From Candidatus Binatia bacterium (GTDB taxonomy: Bacteria > Desulfobacterota > Binatia > UBA9968 > CAXXLF01): DNA of 64,000 bases. Within the stretch, counting starts at the first letter, position 1; each line of letters opens with the position of its first letter. Both the position numbers and the translations under genes were made by a program. The notes beneath the pieces are model-generated. The model did not search any database and was not told where the DNA came from. It saw only the letters and a list, made by a program, of their open reading frames with translations. The DNA lies in assembly GCA_963664015.2 (NCBI GenBank), contig CAXXLF010000002.1:768001-832000 (forward strand). The letters run 5' to 3'. This document shows positions 42,751 to 51,282 of this stretch, in pieces.

Positions 42751-43010
42751 CTATTGCTCAGGCCAACGCCTGAGATAGAAGAGCTCTTCCGCGATCTTAG
42801 AAAATCAGGTTAGATAGTTCCAAACGAACAGTAAGGGCGGCCCAGGAGGGTCGGGAAATTGTTAAATCTAGTTAGACCGGAGCTGCTCTGGGCTTAAATT
42901 TGCTCGCTATTGGACCCCAGGATCAATTGTCCCGTTAATTAAATGCGTCTTACGGCCTAGCGACAATCCGTGAATCTCACCGAGATAGACAACAACCACA
43001 TCTTCAGGCG

Positions 43011-44762
43011 CTAATCCCCGGCCCTTTCAATTCTTTCTGGAGGGGGTTTGAAAACGTCATATCGGCCGAGGATCTCCACTCTCATGCTAGGGTTGTGAAA
43101 ATTTGAATCCAGCTCAGCCTCATTTTTGATGGTAAGCAGATGCTCAATCTTGGCCTCCATATCTTTACCCGAGGCCATATTCGCTTCGCCTAAGTCTTCG
43201 TCAACATCATAGGAACGGACCCAATCGAAACTGTAATAGGCGTCCACAAATTGAGGGTCAAGATCCATGGCTCTCGTGGCAAGGGTAATGCCTTCTCTGA
43301 ACTTCCCGCCCCAATTGGCCAGCATGGCCAGGTTCATAAGGGCATCAGCGTGGGCTTCGCGATCCACCTGTGACATCTTGATTTTCTCGATCGACTCCAT
43401 TCCTCCTTCTGTCATTGGACGAGGCGCACGAACCAGTCCGCTTTTGATAATTTCATCCATTATTTCAAGTGCCAGTATCTTGTGGCCTTCTATGGTCGGA
43501 TGGACATGGTCCAAAAACCACTCCTCCCCTGTTATACCTTCGGGGGACCTCTCCGTAATGATCGAATCAAAATCGACAACTGGGACATTCATCTCATGGC
43601 CAATATCATTGACCGAAGTACCCAAGGCAGATATCGCCCGTAATGGACATACATCCTCATCTATGGCTTTTCGGTAAGCCGCCTTTGCTTCTCCATATCT
43701 TCCCAAAGAAAAGAGGATGTCCCCTTTTAATGCGAAGGTATGAGCATACCGAGGGTCTAATATTTCAGCGTTCAATATATGAATAAGCGCTTCTTCAAAC
43801 TCTTTTTGCCGGACCAATTCCAGGGCCCATGCATAGTTTCGTATCCACTCCTCTAAAGCTGGCTTTCCTAAGTCATCTCTATGTTGTGATTTAAAGGGCG
43901 CTTCATGCCGCATTTTTGAAGCCGGGGTCACCAGAATAATCTTGGAATCAACCGATCGGGCAAGCCTGATGATTCTTGTCAGGTTAAATCTAAAATGAGC
44001 GACGACGTCCTTTTTGTGCTCCTCATCTCTTGTATAGTCGTGAGGTCCAACAGATTGGTCCAGGATCGGATTGACCTCTTTGGAAAGCTTGTGAACATAC
44101 CCTACTTTACCCTTTTCACTTGACCAATACCCGATAATATTATTCAAAAGGGAATAGATCCGTAACTTGGAGGCGAGGGTTCCAAGATCTCGTAGAACCA
44201 TTGGTAGCCCAAGTATTTTTGAATAGGTCCTTCGTTCCAGGAATTCATTATGCCCCGTGTAGACAACCACCAGGTCGGGTTCATATTGAATAAGCTCGTC
44301 CATGAGTAGCACAATCCGGTAGCTGGCATAACTGACGCCACCGGCGTTGATGACCTCCCATTGATGCTCCCGGTCTACGTAATTGAGAAAATCTTCAAGC
44401 CAGCTACAAAAAGAGGTACGGGGCGAGTACGGTCTTCCATAGATGGTGAATCCGCCTACACAAAAGACACGCAATGTATTTGCGGATTTCATCTTTGTGA
44501 ATGACTCATTAGGAAACAACTCAAGCTTTTTAGGGTGAGTAATCATAACGGGAATGTTCCCCCCGTTCTTGATGAAGACGGAGTCGGTGAAGAGCCTCTC
44601 CTGGGAGCTAAAACCGACAAACGGGTCCTGACTGCTTTCCCCTTTGGGAATATCAAAAATTGTCAAAACACCTTCCACGAGAAGAAAAAACAGCGAACAG
44701 GTAATGGCGCTAAAAGCAATGAGTTTGGGTTTTGATAGAGGATAGGGGTTTGTTGAATTCAT
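43011..44762 (-). CDS. SGNH/GDSL-like plus TPR membrane-anchored protein
   Basis: N-terminal TM, EVINAGGVSYAS, YTGHNEF, TPR helices, FLDHVHPT; block I reads GGFT, so the catalytic Ser may be lost. Confidence 0.75.
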   Translation of the reverse strand: MNSTNPYPLSKPKLIAFSAITCSLFFLLVEGVLTIFDIPKGESSQDPFVGFSSQERLFTDSVFIKNGGNIPVMITHPKKLELFPNESFTKMKSANTLRVFCVGGFTIYGRPYSPRTSFCSWLEDFLNYVDREHQWEVINAGGVSYASYRIVLLMDELIQYEPDLVVVYTGHNEFLERRTYSKILGLPMVLRDLGTLASKLRIYSLLNNIIGYWSSEKGKVGYVHKLSKEVNPILDQSVGPHDYTRDEEHKKDVVAHFRFNLTRIIRLARSVDSKIILVTPASKMRHEAPFKSQHRDDLGKPALEEWIRNYAWALELVRQKEFEEALIHILNAEILDPRYAHTFALKGDILFSLGRYGEAKAAYRKAIDEDVCPLRAISALGTSVNDIGHEMNVPVVDFDSIITERSPEGITGEEWFLDHVHPTIEGHKILALEIMDEIIKSGLVRAPRPMTEGGMESIEKIKMSQVDREAHADALMNLAMLANWGGKFREGITLATRAMDLDPQFVDAYYSFDWVRSYDVDEDLGEANMASGKDMEAKIEHLLTIKNEAELDSNFHNPSMRVEILGRYDVFKPPPERIERAGD

Positions 44763-44791
44763 TGACTGAATCCTTGAAAGTAGTCGTTCAA

Positions 44792-44971
44792 TTAAAAAAG
44801 CGTATAGATAAATGGGGCTACAGCCGAACTTTGGGCGAAAATGACCAGCCCAGCGAAAAGCAAAAGGATCAAAATCATTGGCGTCAACCACCACCACTTG
44901 TGCTGCCAAAAGAACATAAGAAGTTCGCCCATGATACCCATGCGACTAGCTAAACTTTCAACAAACCGCAT
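44792..44971 (-). CDS. DUF5989/SxtK-like small membrane protein (59 aa)
   Basis: Below the ORF-track cutoff: ...FWQHKWWWLTPMILILLLFAGLVIFAQSSAVAPFIYTLF*. Confidence 0.85.
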   Translation of the reverse strand: MRFVESLASRMGIMGELLMFFWQHKWWWLTPMILILLLFAGLVIFAQSSAVAPFIYTLF

Positions 44972-44984
44972 GTACGTTTCCTCC

Positions 44985-46775
44985 TCAACTTAAGCCTTGA
45001 GGCTTTTCAATCACATATTCCCCCAGAGCTAGAATGTCCATTCCACTTTGGCTGAACGTCCGAAAAGCTTCCTGGGGCGTGTTGACAATCGGCTCGCCCT
45101 TCAGGTTGAAAGAGGTGTTTAGCACTATTGGAACGCCGGTAGCTTGTCCAAAGTTCTCGATCAGCCGGTAAAATTTCGGGTTCACTTCTTTCTGAACTGT
45201 CTGAAGCCTTCCTGTGCCATCCACGTGTGTGATGGCAGGGATGGCCTCCCGCTTTCCTTCCCTTACGTCCACCACATAGAGCATGAAGCGAGCTGGATAG
45301 TGCCTTGGCGCGTCGGGCAGGACAAAGTACTCCTCTGCACACTCAGCCAATACAGAGGGAGCAAAAGGACGGAATGGCTCGCGGAACTTGATCTTGACGT
45401 TAACGATATCCTTCATATCGGCACGCCTCGGATCGGCCAGAATGCTCCGATTCCCCAGCGCTCGAGGGCCCCATTCAAACCGATCCTGGAACCACCCTAC
45501 GACCTTTCCGGATTGAAGTTCTCCAACAATCCGCTCTATCAACTTCTCCTCACTGTCGAACCGCCGATAACGGATACCCTTCTCTTTCAGGAACTTTTCG
45601 ATCTCGCCAGGACCGTGCTCCTCTCCCCAGTAGGCATGCGACATAACGAACTTACGCGGCTTACCCAGAATGGCATGATGAGCATAGAGAGCTGCTCCGA
45701 TAGCCCCACCTCCGTCACCGGCTGAGAGCTGGATGTAGATTTGCTCGAAGGGGGTCTCTTCAAGAATTCGCGCGTTGGCTACGCTATTCAGAGCTACTCC
45801 ACCAGCCATACAAAGCCTCTTCACGCCAGTCTCCTCGTACACATTTCGTGCCATCCTGAGCAGAACATCCTCTGTCACAGCCTGAATACTTGCGGCAACA
45901 TCCGCATAATATTGATTTAACTTCCCCAGCTCTTCATAGTTCCCCGGCTTTTCGCCGAAGTACGAAGGATAGCCACCCGCCGGCGTGAAAAAAGGGGCTT
46001 TGGGATCTCTTGAGGGACCAAAAAGGGCCTCAAATTTTCCATTAAACGTATTCTCTGTGGAGTAATGAAAGGAAAAATAGTCCATGTTGATTTCAAAGCT
46101 GCCGTCACATGCCACCCGGATGAGTTTGTAAATTTTGTCTTGATATCTCGGCGTGCCAAAAGGGGCCATCCCCATAACCTTATATTCCCCTTCGTTTACC
46201 TCAAATCCCAGAAATGCCGTAAACGCGCTATAGAGAAGCCCTAGAGAATCGGGAAAACGAATCTCTTTGAGCAGTTTTAAATCCGTACCCTTCCCTAGTC
46301 CAAGGCTAGCCGTTGTCCACTCTCCTACTCCATCCACTGTCAGTATGGCTGCGTCCTCAAAGGGGGAACAGAAAAAAGAGCTGGCCGCGTGGGAGAGGTG
46401 GTGTTCGCTGAAGAGAATCCTGGACGGTGGCACTCTGAGCCGTGTTCGAATGAGATGCTTGATCCAGAGCTTATCTCCTAGCCAGCTGGTCATCGCCTGT
46501 CTGAAAAGGCGATGGGATCGGGGAAAGGTTTGCATGCTGGTTAAGATGAGTCGTTCAAACTTAATAAAAAGCTTCTCGAAAAAGGCTACATAGTCCAGTT
46601 CTTCCGCCCGGATTCCACCAACTCCTAGACAGAAATCAATGGCATGCTGAGGGAACTCATAGTCGTGCTTCTTGCGTGTGAACCGCTCCTCCTCGGCTGC
46701 AGCAATCAGCTGCCCGTCGCGTAGTAACGCGGCTGCGGCATCGTGGAAGTAACAGGAGATGCCTAAGATATCCAT
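44985..46775 (-). CDS. NodU/CmcH-family O-carbamoyltransferase
   Basis: ILGISCYFHDAAA, EEERFTRKKH, EHHLSHAAS, DGVGE, EYKVMG, GPRALGNRSILADP, NTSFN. Confidence 0.95.
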   Translation of the reverse strand: MDILGISCYFHDAAAALLRDGQLIAAAEEERFTRKKHDYEFPQHAIDFCLGVGGIRAEELDYVAFFEKLFIKFERLILTSMQTFPRSHRLFRQAMTSWLGDKLWIKHLIRTRLRVPPSRILFSEHHLSHAASSFFCSPFEDAAILTVDGVGEWTTASLGLGKGTDLKLLKEIRFPDSLGLLYSAFTAFLGFEVNEGEYKVMGMAPFGTPRYQDKIYKLIRVACDGSFEINMDYFSFHYSTENTFNGKFEALFGPSRDPKAPFFTPAGGYPSYFGEKPGNYEELGKLNQYYADVAASIQAVTEDVLLRMARNVYEETGVKRLCMAGGVALNSVANARILEETPFEQIYIQLSAGDGGGAIGAALYAHHAILGKPRKFVMSHAYWGEEHGPGEIEKFLKEKGIRYRRFDSEEKLIERIVGELQSGKVVGWFQDRFEWGPRALGNRSILADPRRADMKDIVNVKIKFREPFRPFAPSVLAECAEEYFVLPDAPRHYPARFMLYVVDVREGKREAIPAITHVDGTGRLQTVQKEVNPKFYRLIENFGQATGVPIVLNTSFNLKGEPIVNTPQEAFRTFSQSGMDILALGEYVIEKPQGLS

Positions 46776-47036
46776 CAGAATTGCCTACCAGCGCGCTCTT
46801 CCGGGGTATCCTTGTTTTCCCCCCTGACCCGCCACCCCCCTTGGGCTACCATTCTTGATGGCTAGAGGGTCACAAAGCCAGCGTACTGCTAGGGCGAATG
46901 GCGCAAAAACAACGTAGTAGAAAAAGCTTAAAAGCGCTTGCGCCTGGAGGTCGCCTATCTTCTTCCCGACTCGCCTCCACCACTGCCAGAAGCTCCCCAC
47001 CGCCCCGGCTATGCTACTCCCTTCTCGTTCAGCCAT
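46775..47036 (-). pseudogene. SxtJ-like membrane protein, apparent frameshift in a G run
   Basis: WQWWRRVGKKIG...FYYVVFAPFAL...DPL; typical ...RQF* tail overlapping the next ATG lies in another frame after about 46840. Confidence 0.65.
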
Positions 47037-47442
47037 GAATGATTTCCATTTGTTCAGAAGTGAAAATAATAAGGAGCTCTTTTTGAGGCAAGGCCAACAA
47101 GAACCCAAGAATTCTCCTAACGCCACTTTTCATAACTATTAAGCCGGAACACCCCTGGCAAAAAATCGCCAAAGCTGTTGGGTTTCTTTTACTCTCTCAC
47201 GGAAGCCGATTTCTGGTCCCCTTGTTTAGTTTTCACTCTTCACTAGAAACTCTATAATAAATCGGCTGAGGTTACTATGAGACCCCCAATTATCACACTG
47301 GAAAGCGTTTGTCGATTTTCCCAAGGCTTCAATAACACTTCAATTATGCCCTTCAACGAGCAGACTCCATTCACCGGTTTCTTCCCTAGGGATTAGCTAG
47401 CTTGCTCGGCTTCACAATGGCAGGTGGAATGGTGGGACACCG

Positions 47443-47512
47443 AAAAAAAGGCCGCGCTTCCAAAGAAACGCAGCCTTCAATAACTGGCTTCCCTTTGTGG
47501 ACGGTTTTAGAA
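47443..47512. mobile_element. att-like junction C
   Basis: AAAGGCCGCGCTTCCAAAGAAACGCAGCCTT, then TGGCTTCCCTTTGTGGACGGTTTTAGAAC at 47485. Confidence 0.72.
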
Positions 47513-47868
47513 CTCTGTGTACCGTACCACCAGTCGGGATTGCAGAGCGTCTCGGAGAGCTTGGACAAGCCGGTCTTACATGCGGAGCAGACTGATCGAT
47601 CCGAAGGCTAACGATTAAAAGAGACTGCAGCCTATTAAAAACCAATACGAAATTGTAAGTCCACCTGGATCCAAATCCAACCGTAACCCCTTCAACGAGC
47701 CGCTTGAGAGCTTTCGCCCTTCTTAGAAGGCGACTACAGCTAAAATAGATTTTCCTATTAAATTCGTTCTCATCGGTGGGGCTCCGGCCCTTCTGAGCGA
47801 CACTGTAAAACACGTAACCACAGATATCGATATTGTGAATTCTCGACTTTCCCTACAATGTGGACTAC

Positions 47869-47890
47869 CATAGCTATTAGCATAGCTATG
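47869..47890. promoter_or_regulatory. Probable antitoxin operator
   Basis: CATAGCTATTAGCATAGCTATG: tandem near-palindromes just upstream of the RHH gene. Confidence 0.55.
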
Positions 47891-47905
47891 CCGAAAGGTG
47901 AAATT

Positions 47906-48139
47906 ATGAAGACGGTGCAAATGACGCTGGACGAGGATCTCGTTAAAGCAGTGGACAGGGCTGCTAAACGACTTGGCACCACTCGGTCGGGCTTCGCGCG
48001 GGACGCGCTCCGCTCGGCTCTTAAGCACGTGCACATTGCGGAATTGGAACGAAAACATCGCGAAGGGTACCAGCGCAAGCCAGTTAAGCCAGGGGAGTTC
48101 AGCAACTGGGAATTGGAACAGGCCTGGGCTGAGGAGTGA
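47906..48139 (+). CDS. Ribbon-helix-helix (CopG-like) antitoxin
   Basis: MKTVQMTLDEDLVKAVDRAAKRLGTTRS; overlaps the toxin start. Confidence 0.88.
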   Translation: MKTVQMTLDEDLVKAVDRAAKRLGTTRSGFARDALRSALKHVHIAELERKHREGYQRKPVKPGEFSNWELEQAWAEE

Positions 48140-48447
48140 AGAGAGGTGAGGTTAGGTGGTACAAGGTTTCCCGGCCTGACAAGCAGAGACCGATTCTGAT
48201 CCTCACGAGGGACTCCGCTCTCGAATACCTTGGGGAGGTTACTGTAGCTCCTATCACGTCAACAATCCGAGATATTCCCTCGGAAGTCTTGTTGAGCAAA
48301 GCAGATGGCATGCCTCGGGACTGCGCTGTGAACCTTGATCACATCCAGACCGTCTCAAAGACTAAAATTAGTTCCTTGATTACAACACTCAGTCCTAGGA
48401 AGATGCTTGAGCTGCGCTCAGCCCTCACCTTTGCCCTGGGCTTTTAG
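48136..48447 (+). CDS. PemK/MazF-family endoribonuclease toxin
   Basis: MKRGEVRW...KQRPILIL...VAPITST...VNLDHIQTV. Confidence 0.92.
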   Translation: MKRGEVRWYKVSRPDKQRPILILTRDSALEYLGEVTVAPITSTIRDIPSEVLLSKADGMPRDCAVNLDHIQTVSKTKISSLITTLSPRKMLELRSALTFALGF

Positions 48448-48593
48448 GAATCCATTCCTCGCTTGCAGAGTTGGAATAACTGATTGCTCAGCAATCGGTG
48501 CCAGGCTTCACCATCGGGAAAGTGTTAGCGAGCACGCCCGCTATGGCTCGCCCTCTCGGCGGTCTCGGAGGAGGGGATAGAATACTACGACAC

Positions 48594-48629
48594 AAAAAAG
48601 GGCCGCGCCTCTTAAGAAACGCGGCCCTT
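48594..48629 (-). terminator. Hairpin plus T run after tRNA-Asn (same motif as junctions A-C)
   Basis: Minus strand AAGGGCCGCGTTTCTTAAGAGGCGCGGCCCTTTTTT. Confidence 0.7.
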
Positions 48630-48636
48630 CCAACAC

Positions 48637-48712
48637 TGGCTCCCCGGGAGGGACTCGAACCCCCGACAAAGTGGTTAACAGCCACCTGCTCTACCAGCTG
48701 AGCTACCGGGGA
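48637..48712 (-). tRNA. tRNA-Asn(GTT)
   Basis: TCCCCGGTAGCTCAGCTGGTAGAGCAGGTGGCTGTTAACCACTTTGTCGGGGGTTCGAGTCCCTCCCGGGGAGCCA: cloverleaf with encoded CCA. Confidence 0.97.
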
Positions 48713-48918
48713 AAATTATACGGTCAAACTGGTGAGATCCCCGCTCATTACTGCTTCAGCTCAATCCTCCTGAGGCGGACCCGCCTCGGGCGGGAACTGA
48801 TCAGCGTAAGACTGAACCGGGTGTACTTAGATTATATATCAATGTATCAGCAGATTTTCCACCCATGAGCGGGAGCGAAGAAGGAGCCTAGATACCGACA
48901 CCTTACGTCTCCACTTTC

Positions 48919-49407
48919 TCAGTTTCCGCTCGTGCCAGCCCCAAGGGCCTTCAACTCCTCGATCATCTTGTCGTGGTGAGTGGCCGGCCAGTAGATTCGC
49001 TGACAGCGCCGGCACAACGAAAAATTCTCCTGGGAAGAATAGACGTAGGGTGGTACCCGGTCCTGAACAGATTCCTTAGTGATCGCTTCGAGGACCCTGT
49101 TGCACTCCACGCAGCAAGTAAACGCCTTTTCCAATGGATTCAGGTCGCAGGCATCAACGACCTGTTTCAGCTGCTCGCGAAAATGATCGCTCTTGATAAT
49201 CATGGTGTCCGGCGGATTCTTTTTCAAGATGCTGCGGTCACGGGTAAGGATCAAGCGATTTTCCTTCCGTGCTAAATGAATCAATCCATGGCCTACCAGG
49301 TGTGAACCGTAAGCGACATCCTGGCCGAGGATGCGAAGCCACCGGGCCAGCCTGCCCAACGCCTTGTCCGCAGCAAATTTTACAACTTCATCTCGATGCT
49401 TGGCCAT
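48919..49407 (-). CDS. Mut7-C RNase domain protein (PIN plus zinc ribbon)
   Basis: FAAD..LGRLARWLRILGQD, LILTRD, CVECN, CRRCQRIYWPATH. Confidence 0.88.
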   Translation of the reverse strand: MAKHRDEVVKFAADKALGRLARWLRILGQDVAYGSHLVGHGLIHLARKENRLILTRDRSILKKNPPDTMIIKSDHFREQLKQVVDACDLNPLEKAFTCCVECNRVLEAITKESVQDRVPPYVYSSQENFSLCRRCQRIYWPATHHDKMIEELKALGAGTSGN

Positions 49408-49509
49408 AAAAGATCCATTAAATTTGCGATTTGCCAAATTTGCTAAGAACGCCACCGATGATTACCATATAACGATCTCCACGCAATTGGGAAGAGGAGC
49501 CCAGCAAAA

Positions 49510-50177
49510 ATGACTAAAAAGGTTTGTCGGCTATTTGCTTATTTTGGAGCAACCCTAGGCCTTGTCCTAATCCTCCTCTATATTTGGATAGCTCCCCTGT
49601 TGGCGGCCTTCGGCGGCTTCCTCGTGAAGACCGACGACCCCACCCCGACGGCGGCCGTCGTGTTTCTAAGCACAGGGGTCGAATACTATCCCAGACTCAT
49701 TGAAGCCGCCTAGCTGTTCCGCGAAGGATACGCAGGAAAAGTAGTCATCAACGGGAATCGAAAGACAAAGGTCCTCCGCGAATTGAAAAAACAGGGCTTC
49801 ACTCCCGGTTGTCCATGGTACGAAAATTCACTTCGGATCCTTCCCCTCCTGGGTGTACCGAGGGACCGGGTCATGACCATCAGCGCGGAGGACGTCTACG
49901 ACACCGTCAGCGAATCGGAGGCTGTTGGCAAAGAACTGCTCAGAGCGGGAATGAAAAGTATCATTCTTACCACTAGCAAGTCGCGTACTCGAAGGCAAAG
50001 TTTATTTGGGAGCACAATTTCCCCAATCAGTTCTCCATACTGACAGTTGGCGCGCGCACCAACACCTATTCGGCTGCTGGATGGTGGAAAGAGGGCCGGC
50101 AGATCCGTTGGGTACTGGCAGAGCATGGCGCCTGGCTATACTTTTATTGGAAGATTAAATTCACTAGGGGTGACTAA
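49510..50177 (+). pseudogene. YdcF/DUF218 family protein, disrupted
   Basis: In-frame TAG at 49711; frameshift near 49990 after IILTTSKS; tail GWW...VLAE in another frame. Confidence 0.78.
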
Positions 50178-51246
50178 TAGGGCTCGACTCGGGCGCCGGC
50201 AAACTAGATTGGGAGGGAAGGAGCTCACGGACCCCATCCCACGGGTCATCGCTAATTTCAACGGATTCCTCGATCACCATCCATACCCTCACAAGGTCTT
50301 TTCCCTGGGACTGATATATGGACTCGAACAGATGGAGGCCCCCCAGGTAGAGCTGGTAATGGGCGATCACCGCGTTGTTCACCTCCCGTTTGGCATAGCT
50401 CCCATACCGATGCTGGGGACGATCTGTTATCAGGTTACTCCATTCTTGTTGACTGCGGGAGAAGATTCCCTGACGCAATTCGAGTTTTTTCTCATCCGGA
50501 ATGTCCCGCCGATACAGATCCCCAAGGGCGGCGGCGACTTCATTGAGGACAACCGAAAATTCGAGTTCTTGTTTCCAGGATTGCACGGCCTCCCGAAACT
50601 CAGTGCTCCCTTTACCGAAACGGTCCTCCAGAAAGATAATCGCCGCTCGGTTTCCCACAAAGCTGGCTATACTTTCGTTGAAAGCCACTGCCTCAACAAC
50701 AAACAATGTGTTATGAAAAAGCTCGTGAAAGATCACTTCCACCAAAACGGCCTTGTCCAGCTCTATGAGATGGGAAAGAAGTGGATCGTCAAACCAGCCC
50801 AGGGTACTGAAGGCTGAAACCGGCCGGACGAAGGTGTCGTACCCCCGATTTTTTAATCCTTGGGCCGCTTTCTTGGCGTCGTCTTCCGAGAAATACCCTT
50901 TATAAGGCATCCTTCCCACAAAGGGGAACCACCAGGTATTGGGCTGCAAGCTGGTGCCGGGTACCGCTGTCAACACGTAGGAGACAACTGACCCGTCCAC
51001 ATAGGAATAGCCCGAGTAGCTTCCACCGACATTGAGTTGTAACCTATCATGGGCAAATGTACGGGCTGCGAGTACCAATTCTAATTTTTCCCGCTTCTTT
51101 GGATCGAGTTCGGGGTCCTTGAGCATTTCTGAAATGGGTTGACGTCGCCAGAGGATCTTCCCTTCCTCATAGGCGGCTCGAAATACGTATACGGGGGAAC
51201 AACCGGACAGCAGAAGCAAAAAGAGAAGAAAGACCGTGGAAAACAT
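50164..51246 (-). CDS. Putative zinc aminopeptidase lipoprotein
   Basis: Lipobox LSGC; WWFPFVG..PYKGYF, AFSTLGWFDDP, FHELFH, FNES. Confidence 0.88.
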   Translation of the reverse strand: MFSTVFLLFLLLLSGCSPVYVFRAAYEEGKILWRRQPISEMLKDPELDPKKREKLELVLAARTFAHDRLQLNVGGSYSGYSYVDGSVVSYVLTAVPGTSLQPNTWWFPFVGRMPYKGYFSEDDAKKAAQGLKNRGYDTFVRPVSAFSTLGWFDDPLLSHLIELDKAVLVEVIFHELFHNTLFVVEAVAFNESIASFVGNRAAIIFLEDRFGKGSTEFREAVQSWKQELEFSVVLNEVAAALGDLYRRDIPDEKKLELRQGIFSRSQQEWSNLITDRPQHRYGSYAKREVNNAVIAHYQLYLGGLHLFESIYQSQGKDLVRVWMVIEESVEISDDPWDGVRELLPSQSSLPAPESSPISHP

Positions 51247-51282
51247 GGGATTTGGGGAGCCGGCGAGGAGCGGGAAGGGCCG

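Noticed and set aside
44792-47036. Saxitoxin biosynthetic cluster
   Set aside because: Only sxtI/J/K-like genes are present; no sxtA, sxtG or other core genes.
37844-48645. Junction repeats as a CRISPR array or classical integron attC sites
   Set aside because: Spacing is kilobases, there is no cas or intI gene, and no RYYYAAC/GTTRRRY boundaries were seen.
27585-49713. Stop-codon recoding at in-frame stops (27585 TAA, 28496 TAG, 49711 TAG)
   Set aside because: The same genes also have deletions or frameshifts, and intact genes end normally in TAA and TAG.
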